Shown here one piece after another: positions 1 through 12,100 of a stretch of DNA of 64,000 nucleotides. This stretch comes from Azolla caroliniana (lineage: Eukaryota; Plantae; Polypodiophyta), in NCBI GenBank assembly GCA_043228905.1, contig JBHGNT010000001.1:21142001-21206000 (forward strand), in the 5' to 3' direction. Position 1 is the stretch's first letter, and the number at the start of each line of letters is the position of its first letter. The notes under the pieces are model-generated. The model saw nothing but the letters and a program-made list of their open reading frames with translations. It did no database searches and was not told the origin of the DNA. The position numbers and the translations under genes were made by a program.

Positions 1-609
1 GCGAGAAAATATCAAAGATAGATACAGACGAGAATTCTAATTCCTAGTTTGAACCTTTGACTTCAAAAAATTGAGGGACAATACACATTACCAATGAGAT
101 AACTAAGATGTGTTATTACTGTTATTGATTCTATACATTGCTTGATTTCCTTTCCCTTCCTTTCCTCCTTATATAGATGACCCCATGCATATGATGCATG
201 GAGTGTGTAAGACATGCATACAATGCATGAAATGCATGTGATGCATGATTTCCATTTGGCGCTCATGCATCACATGTGATGCATGATGACCATGTCTCTC
301 ATTCAAGCTCTCATGTACGAGTTGTTACATGTGAAAAGTACAATGAAGAAATAAACTTTAAAGAAAACAATCTAGCCCAGTGGTATGTCAATTGCCTCCT
401 ATCCTCGAGGTGTAAGGTTCAAAACCTTACCTGCACCTCATTGTATGCCATTAGGCCCTGGGCTTATTTTTATTTCTTATGTAATGAACACCTAAACACA
501 TATCACACGTGCACATTAACGTGCTAACATACATGTGTAACCATCACTCCTTTCATATGTGTGCACATTCCACGCGATTTTCACACTGTTGCTGAAAATC
601 TTCACGACA
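1..609 (-). repeat. 3' LTR of element A (truncated by the window edge)
   Basis: Minus strand reads PPT GTGGGGGTGGA then TGTCGTGAAG. Similar to ~19417-19865 plus 38872-39056. TATA (CTATATAAG on minus) near 168-176. Confidence 0.9.
373..430 (+). promoter_or_regulatory. tRNA-like Pol III A box/B box module inside LTR A
   Basis: TAGCCCAGTGG (373-383) and GGTTCAAAACC (416-426) start 43 nt apart. T-arm-like hairpin GTAAGG-TTCAAAA-CCTTAC. No full cloverleaf. Confidence 0.55.
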
Positions 610-679
610 TCCACCCCCACCAAACCGCATGTCCTCCAGTACGTGCCAAGAAGTGAGTGTGAGATTTTGGCTATGGTGA

Positions 680-3600
680 TTAATCAATTTCCTCCACGTC
701 CTCATTGACCTTGCCCACATTTGTGGGTCCCGTTGTACTATCTTCATTGTCGAGGTCATCGAGGTTAGGACCCTCATCTTGTCTTTTCTTGAATATCTTC
801 ACTCTTTTCCCCACAATGGGTATGGCAAGCCTTGATCCGTCTAGCTCCGCCAGTTGGTAAGTGGCGTTGTCGTTGGCACTCATCACTACATATGGTCTGA
901 ACCACCTTCTTGCGAACTTCCTTGTCGTCATGTGTTGGTTGTCAAGGCTGTTGTCATAGACCAATACCCAATCTCCTTCTTTGATCTTCTTCGAATGCAG
1001 TCGGTGTGTCTTATCGAACAGAATCTTATTCTTCACTCGGGTTGTCTTCATTATCCTTTGCATGTTCTCTAGATCTTCAGGTCTTCTTTCGAGCTGCTTT
1101 ATCCGTGCCGCCAATAATTCGTCCCGGCTCATCTCGTTCTCCCATGGTATTGCTACCCATGAGGCGATTGTCCTCTTGATGGGCATTACTGGTTTATGTC
1201 CATATATGAGCTCTGCTGGCATATAGCCTGTCACGGAACTGTGCATAGTTCTATCGGCCCACAATGCATATGGTAATAATCGCGGTCAATTCCCAACTCG
1301 ACCATCGAATGCTCGTACGATGGCTTTGACTATCGGCCCATGCCCTCGCTCGATCTTCCCATTTGCTTCTGGATTATAGGCAGTTATGAGGGGAGAGCAG
1401 TACACCTAGTCACTCGAACAGCTCCATTGCTTCGTGTGCATCTAACTCCCCTGATCGGCCACTTTCTTTCCCACACAACCGTATCGGTAGACGATCTCTT
1501 CGAGCAAAAATTTGCACACGGCTGTCGTCGTCTTATTTGCTAAGGGTCGTCCTTCTACTTGGTTTGTCAGGTCTTCCCTCGCTAGTACTAAGTACTTCAT
1601 TTGCCCCACTCCCATTGGCATTGAGACCAGATCCACCATCCATTTTAAGTGTATAGTGAGTGAGTATGTTGGCCACAACTCATCACGGTGACGTATGTTC
1701 GAATGTACTTGGCAGCTTTCGCATGTGGACACAAAACGTAGTACATTTTTATACATGCTCGACCACCAGTACTTCTCCTTTAGATTTTCAAATGTTGCCC
1801 ACATTCCTCTAGCAGTGGGCCCGGTTTCAGCTTAAACCGAACCGATCCGTTAAACCATGGTTTAAAGGTTTATAAGTTCCAAAATAATTAAATGGTTTGG
1901 TTTGGTTTTAATTAATAATAAACAGTTCGGTTTCAGTTCGGTTTGGTTTTGAAACTAGGGTCTATAGGTTTATAGGTTTATAGGTTTTTAGGCTACCTTT
2001 TTTTATCCATTAAATGTTTATGTAATTTAATGGTTTAATTAATATATTTTATTGGTTTAATTCACTTAACTTAATTGTTTATTTAATCTAATGGCTCAAT
2101 TAATCTTATTTATTTATTTATTTATTCATTTATTTATTTAAACATAAATGCTTATTTAATTTTCTGTATTTTATTGAATTATTTTTTAATTAACTTGGCT
2201 TAAATGTGGTTAGGTTTAAACTTTTTATTAAATGGTTCGGTTTGGTTTTAACTTTTCCCTAAACGGTTTTGGTTTAAATGGTTTAATTTACATTTTTTTA
2301 AAATGGTTTGGTTTAAATGTTCGAATGTTCATAAATGGTTTGGTTTCAAGGCACCGAAACCGAACCAAACCGGGCCCATTGCTATGTTCCTCTATGACCT
2401 ACCCATGGAATCTCGTGGAATTCAGACATCAACGTTGTTTGGTCCTCTTTCTTCACCACTACTCGTCGTGGTATCCCTGTCCTTCTCTTTGGGTGCCACC
2501 AGAGGAATCCTCCCTTCAAAAAGTACTGGTAAGCTTTCTTTCATATTTGTAGAGCCTCCTCCTTCGTCCACGAAGCATCCACCATCATTGTTCTCGAGAA
2601 TCTACCGATTAGTAACCTCTGTCTTCTTTCGACAATCGGGCTGCCTTGAAGAAGTTGAGGGCGACATCTTCATCTTCCGAAACCATGTCACCCTCATCCT
2701 CGAATCTTGCTCTTGACAACATGTCGGCCATGGCGTTGTTCTTCCCAACAATGTGGCGGATCTCTGGGTTCAAAGACTTGATATAAGCGATCCACCTCAG
2801 CATAAGAAGATCTGGTGTCGCACATCCGGAGATCATCCCAAGGATTGGGAGGCAATCCGTTTCAATTACCACCTCCGACCCAATCAGGTAGTCCTTGTCT
2901 ACCTTCACTACAGACATGATACCCCAGAGTTCCCGCTTTACTTGGGCATATCCTCATTGTCGTTCGCTAAGGAAATTTGCTCCGAACCGGATGGTGTACC
3001 GTGTGCTATCTTCTCCTTCTTGGTTGATGACCCATCCAATCCCTGTTGGACTCGTCGTATCTACCGTGACGTAGATGGGCATCCCTTCTTTGTAGACGAC
3101 TTTCCTTAAAGTTGGTGCTGCCACCAGTAGCCCTTTTAACCTCTTCATCGCCTCTGTGTGTACCGTTTCCCATTTAAACTTTCTCCCTTTTTACAGTAAG
3201 CTATACAAGGGTTTAACCACATGAGCATAGTGCGGAATCCAAATGTGGTAGAACGCACATGCTCCTAAGAATCTTTGAACCTCTCTCTACGTTCCACATT
3301 CCTCTCGCATCTCTTGAATAGCATTCACCTTCTCGGGAGAGGGTTTCTGTCCGTATGGTCCACAAAGATGTCCTACTACTAGGATCTCGCGTTGGCCAAA
3401 TGCTGATTTTTCTTCAGAGAATGTGAGCCCTGCACCTTCTAGTCTTTCTAGCACTCTTCTACAGTCTTCAATATGGTTTGAAACAAAGCTTCGACATCCA
3501 TCTTGATCTAAAGACTCGTCCTTCTCTGATTCAGGGCACCCCTTTATAGGGATATCATCGAGGAAGGGCATCGTAATATCTGGGATGCAATCTCTTAGTA

Positions 3601-4748
3601 CTTTGTTCATGGCATTCATCATGTGGGCCATTGAGTTAGTTGCCCCTTGCGGTAATGTACACATCCTCACTAGCCCAATGGGAGTCCGCATCGTTGTGAT
3701 GTCTTGACTATCCAAAGACAATTGAAATTGTTTGTATCAAGAATGCAAGTCTCCAATCGAGTAAATCGACCTTCCTGCAAAAGCTTCAACAAACTCATCA
3801 ACACTAGGTCCAATACCAACATTACGAATGGTGACCATATTTACCGGTTGTAGATCTTGGATAAATCGAAGTGCTCCATTCTTCTTCTGCACTGCTAACC
3901 ACCTATTTGAATAAGGTGCATTAGATGGCTCAAGGATTCCCATTCTAATCTTTTCTTTTAACCACTCTAGCAATCTTGGAATGTGAGCTCTTGGAACGGG
4001 AATTGGCTTCAAGTTCCATGGCACATGGGGTATTGTAAAGATAACCATTGGTTCCACATGCGTTGGGTCAACACATTCGATCTCTTGTGGGGAAAAGGCA
4101 AATGCTTTCCCGTCTTGCTCCAACATTTCCTAGAACTTGGACTCTATTTTGGGAAGCAAAAAGTCACCCCCACCAAATTTGAGCTTCCTCCGAGTTTCGT
4201 CGGGGAAGACATGTCCTACTCCTTTCGGGTCTCTAAGGCATGGATCTCGTGCTACCTCCTTTATTCGTTGCCAATTGTCTTCAGGCAAGGGAGCAGGCAC
4301 AGGTATGACCTTCTTATCTAGAGTCTTGTATTTGGTATTAACTTCGACTTCATCCGTTGCAACACCTTGTTCGTATTCGTCAATGGTGGTGTATAAGGTG
4401 ACAGAGTTGATTGGAATCATTATGTTGACTTGTAGTTTCGATTCAATGACTTTCTCCATTTCTCCAAGATTATCATCAAATGATATTATTTCCATGTATC
4501 CGTTTATTGCCTCTTCCTCGCTCATAATCCTGATTTCTCTAAGTTGTTCCACTAGGATTTCTATTTTAATATCTCCTCCATTAATGTTGCTAAATTTACA
4601 TATCCCATTTTCAGAAAACAAGACTTCATTTTCATTAATGGGGTGACAACTTTTATTACACTGATTTGGAGACATAGTTGTCCCGGACTATTGTTGTCCC
4701 TCTCCCTAATAGCCCGAATTAAAAATCCTCCCTAGATTCTTTCCCTAA
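680..4748 (-). pseudogene. Gypsy A pol remnant (RT, RNase H, integrase) with stops, frameshifts and a MITE insertion
   Basis: RT motifs LPQGATNS and PFLDDIPIKG; RNase H ETDCLP...NAMADMLSR; integrase CESCQ, WMVDLV, GYMPAELIYG and C-terminal RWFRPY. Confidence 0.9.
1810..2384. mobile_element. Non-autonomous hAT-type DNA transposon (MITE)
   Basis: TIRs TAGCAGTGGGCCCGGTTT / AAACCGGGCCCATTGCTA. Imperfect 8-bp TSD CATTCCTC/TGTTCCTC. Subterminal AAACCG/GGTTT repeats and AT-rich core. Interrupts the integrase. Confidence 0.8.
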
Positions 4749-5963
4749 GAATTGTGAGGTACACGTAAAAATACCTTCTGGCTAGGGTTAAATACACGAG
4801 GTTGCCTATTATGATCGGCATAAAAACGCGCTCTATTAGTGAGCTGTTTTTATATTATCTTGTGCAATACGCAACATATCTTGCATATCCCGAAGAAAGT
4901 TTTGCATACTTCGCAACTCATCATGATGTATATTAACATCATTCGGGGTTCGTGGCTGAAAACCATACATCAACATAAAAGGACTATATCCCGTCGACGT
5001 ATGCTTGGAGTTGTTATAAGCAAACTCCAAAATTGGGAGATAACGTTCCCATTTTGTTGGTTTTGCACCAATGTATACTCGAAGCATGTCCTCAATAATT
5101 TGATTTACTCGTTCTATCTGTCCATTGGATTGAGGATGATCCGTGGAACTCATGCTCAATGTAGTTTCTAACTTCTTGAAGACTTGCATCCAGAAGTCAC
5201 TAGTAAACTTTAGATCTCGGTAACCCATAAAAACGAAATAACTCATCAATGAATTGGTAAGCCAATTCAGGAGCTGTTATCGTGGTTTTAGTAGCAATAA
5301 ATCTGGCCATTTTAGTTAGTCTATCAACCACACCCCATATGGCATCATGGCCTTTTGGGTGCGAGGAAGGCTAACAATACAATCCATGGATATACTTTCC
5401 CACTTATTATTGGGAATGTCCAAGGGATGTAAAAGTCTTGCAGCTTTAAATCGCTCAGCTTTGTTAACCTGACATTGGTGACATTTAGTCACATAGCTAT
5501 GTATGTCGGGGTGCATCTTAGGCCAATAGAATTGAGTGGAGATGAGAACGAGTGTACGATGTATTCCAGGGTGCCCTACTGAGGGTGCATCATGGCATTC
5601 AAAAAGAATTCTCTTTTTGACCTCAGGCAAATCTGGAACACAAACCTTCCCATTACGGTAGAGCGGACCGTTAGCAATGTGGAAGTATTCCTTCGAGGAT
5701 GTGGTGGTATCTGTTCCAGACTCAACTATTGCCCAATATTTTGCAAAATAATTGTTATCAGGATACTTTCCTCGAAGGTGATTATAAAGATCTGATGATA
5801 TTTCAGTGAAGCTAAGCATGTTAACTTCACGGATGCGACTTAGTGCATCAACGACAGTGTTCATGGAACCTTTACGATATTGTATTGAAAAATCAAAGTC
5901 TTGGATGAGATCAGCCCATCGTGCCTTACAACCTTTCAGGTCTTGTTGGTCACAAAAATATTT
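4749..5963 (-). pseudogene. Gypsy B integrase and RNase H end fragment (chromovirus-like pol)
   Basis: ARWADLIQDFDF, HDAPSVGHPG..CHQCQ, WESISMD, HPQSNGQIERVN, GYSPFMLMYG. Confidence 0.88.
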
Positions 5964-6175
5964 GTTGATCATACGATCGTCGACAAGGAGTGCGTATGGT
6001 GTATCATCGGTGCACGGCTTAGAGAGCATGAGAGAGAGATTAAACCTTCATAACTTAAATTACTATAAGGATTAAAACTTAAATATAACTAAAATATCTA
6101 AAACTATAATGAGAAAGGGAGAGAAGGCTAGTCATTAGGTATTAATTCAAAAGACAAACAAATGTTACTAACATG

Positions 6176-6219
<44 letters not shown>

Positions 6220-6288
6220 GAGTGATTAAGAGCAAAGCTACTACTAATTATCTTTAAGATTAGGAAAGAAAAGAAATTACATGGGGAT

Positions 6289-6347
6289 ATGGTCATGAGC
6301 AAACTAGTTTCGCCCACTATGGGGCTCATCAGTGCTAAAATGACCAT
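6289..6347 (-). ncRNA. Minimal type I hammerhead ribozyme
   Basis: Minus strand AUGGUCAU-UUU-AGCA-CUGAUGA-GCCC-CAUAGU-GGGC-GAAA-CUAG-UU-UGCU-C-AUGACCAU. Intact core, stems I and II, palindromic ACUAGU stem III, NUH = GUU (cut between 6302 and 6301). Confidence 0.85.
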
Positions 6348-7401
6348 TAGGGTTGGATAGGTTTATATAAGGAGTTTTAGGAGAGGGTTTAGAGAAATGA
6401 CAATAGGGAGTGGGGGTGTGTGCTTATGGATATGCTTTGGAAAGGGGAAGATTTGGAGAAGAAGGAAAAAGATACTATGAGCTTTAATGTGACAAGGGGG
6501 AGGTTTTGGTAGAAGAAAATAGAGGTTATAATGTTAAGGAGGAATAAGAGAAGAGAGAGTTAGGATATGAAATGTAAAAAGAGGGGAAATATTAAAAGGG
6601 GAGTCAAGATTGAGGGGGAAATAAGGAAAATCAGTGAGATGATGAGAAGGGAAGGAAAGAGGAGAGAGAGAGAGAGAGAGAGGAGTAGACATAAGAGGAG
6701 TGAGTAGATCTACGAGGATCAAGGGTGGGAAAACGTGAGAAAAGTATGAGAGAGAAAGAGGGTAGAGAGAGGAGAGAGATGCACGTGTAACCTAGACAAA
6801 GCAAGAAAGAGAAAGGAAATAGGAGAGAGGTAGGGGAGAGAGACAAGTGTGGGGAAAGAGGAAAAAGAAAAAGGGGGAAGGTTATAGATTTAGGAAGAGG
6901 ATGGGGAGGGGTAGAGTAAGAAAAAGTAGAACATGGGTGAGGGTAGAAAAACAAAAATGGAAAGGTGGATAAAATAGGATAAGAAAAGATTTTGAGAGAG
7001 AGAAGGAAAACTAAGAGAGGGAGAAGTGATAGCTTAAGTGTGAGAGAGGAAAAGATTTATAGAGAGGAGGGGTGGGGGTAGGGTGTTTAGTTTTTAAGAA
7101 ATGAGGGGGGGTGTTTAGGGGAGGGGTAGAGTGGTAATAGGAAAATGTGGGAGGAGGGGTAGAAAGGTAAATTTGAGAAAGTGAGGGGGAAGTGTAGGAG
7201 GGTAATTAAGGGTAATTTAGGAAAAGTAATTTAGGAAGGTGAGGGAGGGGTACGGCGATAAATTGACAAAGTGGGGGTGAAGTGAAAAGTTCACCAAGAA
7301 CGATTTGAGCGCACCCAAACCGTTTGATACACTTGGTGTGAGCTAGGGAGGGTTAAGGTTTAGGGTAGGGTGGTAATATAAAAGTAAAGGGAGGGAGAGA
7401 G

Positions 7402-7454
<53 letters not shown>

Positions 7455-7524
7455 CAAGATATAAAAGTAAGAAAGATAGAGGAAGAGAGAGAGAGAGAGA
7501 CAAAAGAGGATATGAAAATAGGAA

Positions 7525-7566
<42 letters not shown>

Positions 7567-7869
7567 AATATATGGGGGAACCAAGAAGTCAAAGAGAGAG
7601 GGGAATGAAAAAGGAGAAGAGTGTTATGGAGAGAGAAGAGGGAGGGGTAGGAGATAATAATAAAAATAAAAAAAAATAAAAATGGTGAAACATGGGTGAG
7701 GGTAAAAACTACAAATAAAAGGAAATCGAGGTTGCATTAAAAAGCTACTAAAAGAAGAGTTAAGGGGAGGGCCAAAGTTAAACTATATAGAAATGGAGGA
7801 GATGGGTGGTGGGTAAATATAATCTAAAGATTAGGTTTTTAATAAAAGTGTAGGAGAGAAATATGAGTC

Positions 7870-8080
7870 AAAATATGAAAAAGTAGGGGAAGGTGTAGTG
7901 TTGAAATTACTAGAAAGTAGGAAGGGTAGGACTGGAAATAGGAAAAAGTATGGAGGGGTAGGGTTGAAAATAGAAGAAAGTAGGGGGGAATGGTAGGGCT
8001 CAAAATAGGTGAAAGTACGGGAAGGGTAGGGCTAAAAATAGGTGAAAGTACGGGAGGGGTAGGGCTAAAAATATGAAAAA
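7870..8080 (+). repeat. ~32-bp G-rich minisatellite (about 6 units) inside the ribozyme element
   Basis: Units like AAAATAGGTGAAAGTACGGGAAGGGTAGGGCT. Confidence 0.75.
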
Positions 8081-8702
8081 TCTAACACGGAGTGAGTGCA
8101 TATGTAGGGATGTGGGTGACGAGCATTGTGATTGGCAATTTTAGGGTTTGAGATACAAAATGAAAATAATGTCGGCTATCGAATGTAGTCCCGGACATAT
8201 ACAATGAAAAAGAGATAAGAAATGGGAAATGCATGGCTACCGAATGTAGTCCCATGCTTACAACATAATGGTGTGCAACATAATGATGTGCGAAAAGTAA
8301 GGTGGGGTGTTGAGAGCTTGTTATGTGAGAGGATATGAGAGACAACTTGATGACGCCATTGCATTGCCACGTAACGTTTTGTGGGGGCACTCGACACGAA
8401 CGAGGGCTCGGTGGTTGACGATGCTATCTCGCCGTGGGTGCCTATCCCCGATACGTGGGCCTCCATAGAAAATGCGGTATCCTAAGTTTTGTTGATCATA
8501 CGATCGTCGACAAGGAGTGCGTATGGTGTATCATCGGTGCACGGCTTAGAGAGCATGAGAGAGAGATTAAACCTTCATAACTTAAATTACTATAAGGATT
8601 AAAACTTAAATATAACTAAAATATCTAAAACTATAATGAGAAAGGGAGAGAAGGCTAGTCATTAGGTATTAATTCAAAAGACAAACAAATGTTACTAACA
8701 TG

Positions 8703-8746
<44 letters not shown>

Positions 8747-8809
8747 TTAAGAGCAAAGCTACTACTAATTATCATTAAGATTAGGAAAGAAAAGAAATTA
8801 CATGGGGAT

Positions 8810-8868
8810 ATGGTCATGAGCAAACTAGTTTCGCCCACTATGGGGCTCATCAGTGCTAAAATGACCAT
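8810..8868 (-). ncRNA. Minimal type I hammerhead ribozyme (second identical copy)
   Basis: Same sequence as 6289-6347, offset 2521. Confidence 0.85.
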
Positions 8869-9191
8869 TAGGGTTGGATAGGTTTATATAAGGAGTTTTA
8901 GGAGAGGGTTTAGAGAAATGACAATAGGGAGTGGGGGTGTGTGCTTATGGATATGATTTGGAAAGGGGAAGATTTGGAGAAGAAGGAAAAAGATACTATG
9001 AGCTTTAATGTGACAAGGGGGAGGTTTTGGTAGAAGAAAATAGAGGTTATAATGTTAAGGAGGAATAAGACAAGAGAGAGTTAGGATATGAAATGTAAAA
9101 AGAGGGGAAATATTAAAAGGGGAGTCAAGATTGAGGGGGAAATAAGGAAAATCAGTGAGATGATGAGAAGGGAAGGAAAGAGGAGAGAGAG

Positions 9192-12100
9192 AGATCCACC
9201 ATCCATTTTAAGTGTATAGTGAGTGAGTATGTTGGCCACAACTCATCACGGTGACGTATGTTCGAATGTACTTGGCAGCTTTCGCATGTGGACACAAAAC
9301 GTAGTACATTTTTATACATGCTCGACCACCAGTACTTCTCCTTTAGATTTTCAAATGTTGCCCACATTCCTCTAGCAGTGGGCCCGGTTTTAGCTTAAAC
9401 CGAACCGATCCGTTAAACCATGGTTTAAAGGTTTATAAGTTCCAAAATAATTAAATGGTTTGGTTTGGTTTTAATTAATAATAAACAGTTCGGTTTCAGT
9501 TCGGTTTGGTTTTGAAACTAGGGTCTATAGGTTTATAGGTTTATAGGTTTTTAGGCTACCTTTTTTTATCCATTAAATGTTTATGTAATTTAATGGTTTA
9601 ATTAATATATTTTATTGGTTTAATTCACTTAACTTAATTGTTTATTTAATCTAATGGCTCAATTAATCTTATTTATTTATTTATTTATTCATTTATTTAT
9701 TTAAACATAAATGCTTATTTAATTTTCTGTATTTTATTGAATTATTTTTTAATTAACATGGCTTAAATGTGGTTAGGTTTAAACTTTTTATTAAATGGTT
9801 CGGTTTGGTTTTAACTTTTCCCTAAACGGTTTTGGTTTAAATGGTTTAATTTACATTTTTTTAAAATGGTTTGGTTTAAATGTTCGAATGTTCATAAATG
9901 GTTTGGTTTCAAGGCACCGAAACCGAACCAAACCGGGCCCATTGCTATGTTCCTCTATGACCTACCCATGGACTCTCGTGGAATTCAGACATCAACGTTG
10001 TTTGGTCCTCTTTCTTCACCACTACTCGTCGTGGTATCCCTGTCCTTCTCTTTGGGTGCCACCAGAGGAATCCTCCCTTCAAAAAGTACTGGTAAGCTTT
10101 CTTTCATATTTGTAGAGCCTCCTCCTTCGTCCACGAAGCATCCACCATCATTGTTCTCGAGAATCTACCGATTAGTAACCTCTGTCTTCTTTCGACAATC
10201 GGGCTGCCTTGAAGAAGTTGAGGGCGACATCTTCATCTTCCGAAACCATGTCACCCTCATCCTCGAATCTTGCTCTTGACAACATGTCGGCCATGGCGTT
10301 GTTCTTCCCAGCAATGTGGCGGATCTCTGGGTTCAAAGACTTGATATAAGCGATCCACCTCAGCATAAGAAGATCTGGTGTCGCACATCCGGAGATCATC
10401 CCAAGGATTGGGAGGCAATCCGTTTCAATTACCACCTCCGACCCAATCAGGTAGTCCTTGTCTACCTTCACTACAGACATGATACCCCAGAGTTCCCGCT
10501 TTACTTGGGCATATCCTCATTGTCGTTCGCTAAGGAAATTTGCTCCGAACCGGATGGTGTACCGTGTGCTATCTTCTCCTTCTTGGTTGATGACCCATCC
10601 AATCCCTGTTGGACTCGTCGTATCTACCGTGACGTAGATGGGCATCCCTTCTTTGTAGACGACTTTCCTTAAAGTTGGTGCTGCCACCAGTAGCCCTTTT
10701 AACCTCTTCATCGCCTCTGTGTGTACCGTTTCCCATTTAAACTTTCTCCCTTTTTACAGTAAGCTATACAAGGGTTTAACCACATGAGCATAGTGCGGAA
10801 TCCAAATGTGGTAGAACGCACATGCTCCTAAGAATCTTTGAACCTCTCTCTACGTTCCACATTCCTCTCGCATCTCTTGAATAGCATTCACCTTCTCGGG
10901 AGAGGGTTTCTGTCCGTATGGTCCACAAAGATGTCCTACTACTAGGATCTCGCGTTGGCCAAATGCTGATTTTTCTTCAGAGAATGTGAGCCCTGCACCT
11001 TCTAGTCTTTCTAGCACTCTTCTACAGTCTTCAATATGGTTTGAAACAAAGCTTCGACATCCATCTTGATCTAAAGACTCGTCCTTCTCTGATTCAGGGC
11101 ACCCCTTTATAGGGATATCATCGAGGAAGGGCATCGTAATATCTGGGATGCAATCTCTTAGTACTTTGTTCATGGCATTCATCATGTGGGCCATTGAGTT
11201 AGTTGCCCCTTGCGGTAATGTACACATCCTCACTAGCCCAATGGGAGTCCGCATCGTTGTGATGTCTTGACTATCCAAAGACAATTGAAATTGTTTGTAT
11301 CAAGAATGCAAGTCTCCAATCGAGTAAATCGACCTTCCTGCAAAAGCTTCAACAAACTCATCAACACTAGGTCCAATACCAACATTACGAATGGTGACCA
11401 TATTTACCGGTTGTAGATCTTGGATAAATCGAAGTGCTCCATTCTTCTTCTGCACTGCTAACCACCTATTTGAATAAGGTGCATTAGATGGCTCAAGGAT
11501 TCCCATTCTAATCTTTTCTTTTAACCACTCTAGCAATCTTGGAATGTGAGCTCTTGGAACGGGAATTGGCTTCAAGTTCCATGGCACATGGGGTATTGTA
11601 AAGATAACCATTGGTTCCACATGCGTTGGGTCAACACATTCGATCTCTTGTGGGGAAAAGGCAAATGCTTTCCCGTCTTGCTCCAACATTTCCTAGAACT
11701 TGGACTCTGTTTTGGGAAGCAAAAAGTCACCCCCACCAAATTTGAGCTTCCTCCGAGTTTCGTCGGGGAAGACATGTCCTACTCCTTTCGGGTCTCTAAG
11801 GCATGGATCTCGTGCTACCTCCTTTATTCGTTGCCAATTGTCTTCAGGCAAGGGAGCAGGCACAGGTATGACCTTCTTATCTAGAGTCTTGTATTTGGTA
11901 TTAACTTCGACTTCATCCGTTGCAACACCTTGTTCGTATTCGTCAATGGTGGTGTATAAGGTGACAGAGTTGATTGGAATCATTATGTTGACTTGTAGTT
12001 TCGATTCAATGACTTTCTCCATTTCTCCAAGATTATCATCAAATGATATTATCTCCATGTATCCGTTTATTGCCTCTTCCTCGCTCATAATCCTGATTTC

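Larger units (their letters stand above)
1629..5963 (+). repeat. Copy 1 of a 4335-bp near-identical direct duplication (copy 2 at 9192-13526)
   Basis: Constant offset of 7563; only about eight substitutions noticed by eye; ORF track duplicated. Confidence 0.95.
5963..9191 (-). mobile_element. Non-coding hammerhead-ribozyme element (retrozyme- or Penelope-like): ~2.5-kb unit plus ~0.7-kb partial tandem copy
   Basis: 5963-~6676 repeats at 8490-9191. Both copies start TGTTGATC on + and each holds a hammerhead. GA-rich body with no real ORF. Confidence 0.75.

Noticed and set aside
373-440. Functional tRNA gene
   Set aside because: No acceptor, D or anticodon stem pairing; only the boxes and T-arm remain.
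6534-7592. Leu/Ser-rich ORFs on the minus strand
   Set aside because: Translations of (CT)n low-complexity DNA.
8455-8489. PBS for the ribozyme element (half-tRNA-Met or self-priming)
   Set aside because: Only loose similarity (CTATGGAGGCCCACG) and no complementarity to the predicted cleavage ends.
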